In this document: positions 60,304 through 64,000 of the stretch, one piece after another
How the letters are laid out: each line of letters begins with the position of its first letter
Position numbering within the stretch: position 1 is the first letter of the stretch
Assembly (NCBI GenBank): GCA_963720755.1
Contig: CAVRGP010000013.1
Location: forward strand, 241,780-305,779
Direction: 5' to 3'
Length of the DNA stretch: 64,000 nt
Source of the DNA: an uncultured Chloroflexia bacterium
GTDB taxonomy: Bacteria; Chloroflexota; Limnocylindria; Limnocylindrales; CSP1-4
Notes under the pieces: model-generated
The model's input: the letters and a program-made list of their open reading frames with translations, nothing else
Database searches by the model: none
What the model was told of the DNA's origin: nothing
Program-made: the position numbers and the translations under genes

Positions 60304-63300
60304 TGGCCATGTCCAAGCTCGACCCGGAGATCCTGGCGCACCTCGAGTGGCTCGGCTTCGTCCGGCCGACCGGCCTCGTGGTCTCCGCGCCGGCGCTGGT
60401 CGCGCCGGCGCGATTCTCGACCGGCGCGACGCCGAGGGCCAGCGGCTGCTGCGAGGCGTGCGTCGAGGAGCGCACGTTCGATCCCAACGAAGGCCCAGTC
60501 CCGTACCTGCCCGACTTCCGCGCCTTCGCCGAGTCCGTCCTCGGCTGGAGCTTCTCGCCGAAGGGCTACGCCGGCACGCCCGAGAGCCGATCCCGCCCGA
60601 GCTCGAGGTGCCGCTGCCCGAGTACGGCGAGACGCTGCGACCCGACTTCGCCGTGCGCGAGCTCGACCGCAGAGACGGCGGCCGCCCTGGCAGCTCCTGG
60701 TGCGGGTGCTCGACCCCGGCGACGATTTCGACCACGTCGTCCGCGGCGACGGACAGCTCGAGGCCTCAGCGCACGGCCGAATGGAGCGGCTGCTTCGCCA
60801 GACCGGGGTCGCCGGCCGGCCTGCTCTTCAACGGCCGCGCGCTTCGTCTCCTCTCCGCGCCACGCGGCGAGAGCTCAGGCTGGCTCGACTTCCGCGTCGC
60901 GGACATGGTCCAGATCGCCGGGCCGGCCGATCTCGACCGCGCTGCGCCTGCTGCTCGGCCAGCCGCGACTGCTGAGCCTGCCCCGCGCGCAGCGCCTCGC
61001 CGCGCTCCTCGAGGACAGCCGCAAGTACCAGAACGAGGTCAGCGAGCGCCTCGCCGAGCAGGTGCTCCACGCGCTCTACGAGCTGCTGCGCGGCTTCCAG
61101 GCCGCCGACGACGCGTCCAAGGGCGAGCTCCTCCGCGAGCCGCTCGCCGAGCACCCGGACGAGGTCTACCGGGCGCTGCTCACCGTCCTCCTGCGGCTCG
61201 TCTTCCTGCTCTACGCCGAGGAGCGGGACATGCTGCCCGAGGACGAGACCTTCCTGCGCTACTACTCCTCGCCGGGCCTCTACGAGCGCCTGCGCGAGGA
61301 CGCCGCGCTCTACCCGGACACGATGGACCAGCGCTACGGCGCCTGGGCCAGCTCCTCGTGCTGTTCCGCATGGTCCACGACGGCGCCGAGCACGGCGCGA
61401 TGCGGCTGCCCGCGCGCCACGGCGTCCTGTTCGACCCGGACCGCTTCCCGTTCCTCGAGGGCCGCCCGGCGGCGGCGCGCGCCAGATCCACGAGCGCATC
61501 GAGCCGCCGCTCGTGCCCGACGGGACGATCTACCGCGCGCTCGAGAAGCTGCTGGTGCTCGACGGCGAGCGCATCTCCTACCGCGCGCTCGACGTCGAGC
61601 AGATCGGCTCGGTCTACGAGACGATGATGGGCTTCCGGCTCGAGACCGCGACCGGCCGCTCAGTCGCCATCAAGGCCCAGAAGAAGCACGGCGCCCCGAC
61701 GACGGTCGACCTCGAGGCACTGCTCGCGCGAGCCCGCGGCCAAGCGCGAGAAGTGGCTCCAGGACACGCCGACCGGAAGCTCACCGACACGGTCAGGAAG
61801 GCCGCGTCAAGGCGGCCGCGACGCTCGAGGACCTGCACGCGGCGCTCGCAGCCGGTGATCGACCCCGCCGCCACGCCCGACCTCGTGCCGCCGGGCGCGA
61901 TGGTGCTCCAGCCGAGCGAGGAGCGGCGCCGCTCCGGCTCGCACTACACGCCGCGCGCGCTCACCGAGCCGATCGTGCGCACGACGCTCGAGCCGATCCT
62001 CGCGCGACTGCGCGGAGCCGACGGCCGGCCGCCGCGACCCGAGCAGATTCTGGACCTCAAGGTCTGCGACCCGGCGATGGGCTCCGGGGCGTTCCTGGTC
62101 GAGGCATGCCGCCAGCTCGGCGACGCGCTGGTCGAGGCCTGGCACGCCCACGGCGAGGTGCCCGCGATCCCGCCGACGAGGACGAGGTGATCTTCGCCCG
62201 CCGGCTGGTCGCCCAGCGCTGCCTCTACGGCGTGGACCGGAACCCGGTGGCGGTGGACCTCGCCAAGGTCTCGCTCTGGCTGGTGACACTGGCCAAGGAC
62301 CACCCGTTCACCTTCGTCGACCACGCGCTCCGGCACGGCGACTCGCTGGTCGGGCTCTCGCGCGAGCAGATCGAGGCGTTCCACTGGGACCCGGATGCGC
62401 CGCGATTCCAGGCGGGGTTCGAGACGATGCGGGTGCGCGACCACACGGCGAAGGTCTTCGCCCTGCGCCAGGGCATCCGTGAGGCGGGCGAGGCCGTCAC
62501 CGACATGGAACTACGCGACAGGTGGGACGAAGCGCAGGCCGAGCTGAGCACGGTGAGGCTGTACGGTGATCTGGTGCTGGCGGCGTTCTTCGAGGGCGAG
62601 AAACCGAAGGACCGCGAGCGCAAGAGGAGCGAGTACGGGGGCGTCGTCCTAAGTGGGGAGGCGGACCGCCACCGCGCCCGGCTCGACGAGTGGCGACGGG
62701 CCGAGCAGCCGCTAGCGCCATTCCACTGGGAGGTTGAGTTCCCAGAGGTGTTCGAGCGGGACACAGCGGGCTTTGATGCCGTCGTCGGCAACCCTCCCTT
62801 CTTAGGCGGAACGCGGATTTCTACCGTTGCCGGAATGACGTACTTCCGGTGGCTTACGACCACGTACCCCCCCTGTGAGCATCTATGCGATCTTGTTGCT
62901 TACTTCTTTCGTCGTAGTTTCGAACTTCTGCGAGCTGGGGGTACTTTCGGTCTCATTGCCACAAACACGATTGCGCAGGGTGACACTCGGGAAGGTGGGC
63001 TCCGAACGATTTATCTGGCGGCGGTCAGATATTCTCGGCAACCCGCCGCTTCAAATGGCCAGGATCGGTTGCCGTTGTTGTGAGCGTGGTGCACATCGCT
63101 AAGCAGTTCCCCGGAGGAACGCCTTCCCTTGACGGAGCGCCGGTGTCGCGCATCAGCGCATACCTCGTAGAGGGTTCCAACGATGACAGCCCAAGACGTC
63201 TGTCGGGCAATCCGTATTTCTCTCTGGGTGTAAAGATCTACGGGCAGGGATTCCTGTTTGCTGACGACGATCCCGATTGCACGCCTCTTGGCGTGCGTGA

Positions 63301-64000
63301 CAGTCTGCTTGCCCAGCGGCCCGATGTTGAGAGTCGAGTTCGTCCTTACATCGGGGGAGAAGAGATCCTGTCGGATCCACAGCAGATGTATCACCGCTAC
63401 GTGATTTTGTTGAGTGATGTCAAGGCTGAGTCTGACCTAGACGAGTGGCCGGAACTCCGAGATATTGTTCGCGATCGAGTGAAACCGGGCCGAGACATTC
63501 TGGGCGAAAACCCAAACAATGTCCCCTTGAAGCGGAGATGGTGGGCCTTTCAGGCGCACAGACCTGAGCTCTCTTCACGCCTTGCCAAGATGGGGCGAGT
63601 GCTAGTGACTTCGCAAGTGAACCCGCGCTTCGGATTCGCGTTGATGCCTGCCGACTGGACCTTTTCCCAAAAGGCAGTTGTGTTCTGCATCGAGAACCAC
63701 TCGGGGTTTGGAACCATACAGTCCCGAGTTCATGAGGTCTGGGCTCGAGCGTTCAGTAGCACTTCAATGGAGCTAATGAGCTACACCCCCTCCGATTGCT
63801 TCGAGACGTTCCCATTCCCATTGGACTGGGAGACGCATGCGGACATCGAAGCGGTCGGCCAGGCCTACCACGAGTTCCGGGCCGCGCTGATGGTCCGGAA
63901 CGACGAAGGCCTGACCAAGACGTACAACCGCTTCCACGATCCCGACGAGCGCGACCCGGACATCATGAAGCTCCGCGAGATGCATGCCGCTATGGATCGA
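60303..64000 (+). CDS. drmMI: DISARM class I N6-adenine methyltransferase (type IIG/Eco57I-like), frameshifted, runs off window
   Basis: HLEWLGFVRPTGLVVS, VEQIGSVYE, SGSHYTP, CDPAMGSGAFL, NPPF, TPSDCFETFPFP. Confidence 0.8.

Noticed and set aside
31100-64000. Frameshifts in argC/J/G, the helicase, drmD, drmMI and others read as pseudogenisation or programmed frameshifting
   Set aside because: They are single-base indels in otherwise intact genes, some in homopolymers. They are not apparent in the first 30 kb and increase toward the end, which is most consistent with low-coverage long-read error. Read-level polishing is needed to confirm.

Overview
High-GC bacterial chromosomal segment. The monoderm-type gene content and frequent leaderless starts fit Chloroflexota or Actinomycetota, which is an inference. 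From left to right: S9 peptidase, heliorhodopsin, deoC, an ECF sigma factor with an unusual SecD-P1-like putative anti-sigma partner, MerR-MFS, PfkB kinase, MepA-like peptidase, a full plus truncated aldehyde dehydrogenase pair, ABC and EamA transporters, a galactoside cluster (GH2, GH36, galK, ABC, DeoR, galT), argH, an arrestin/SpoOM-like gene, add, a GAF histidine kinase, argCJBRG with tandem ARG boxes, OsmC, an ABC exporter, an XRE HTH gene, trxB, an LLM-F420 oxidoreductase, a UvrD helicase-nuclease, DUF4160/DUF2442, an ADP-ribosylglycohydrolase-phosphatase fusion, and the start of a class I DISARM locus (drmD, drmMI). The most unusual signal is non-coding. Seven copies of a ~60-bp bipartite element (TGATGCTTGATT-N29-TATGCGCGTAGGCGGCAT) lie in intergenic DNA between 41.2 and 49.6 kb. 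Six form inverted pairs, and one pair encloses an HTH gene behind a 16 x 11-bp phased array. Many genes beyond ~31 kb carry single-base frameshifts that look like long-read consensus errors. All annotation is by eye; no database searches were run.
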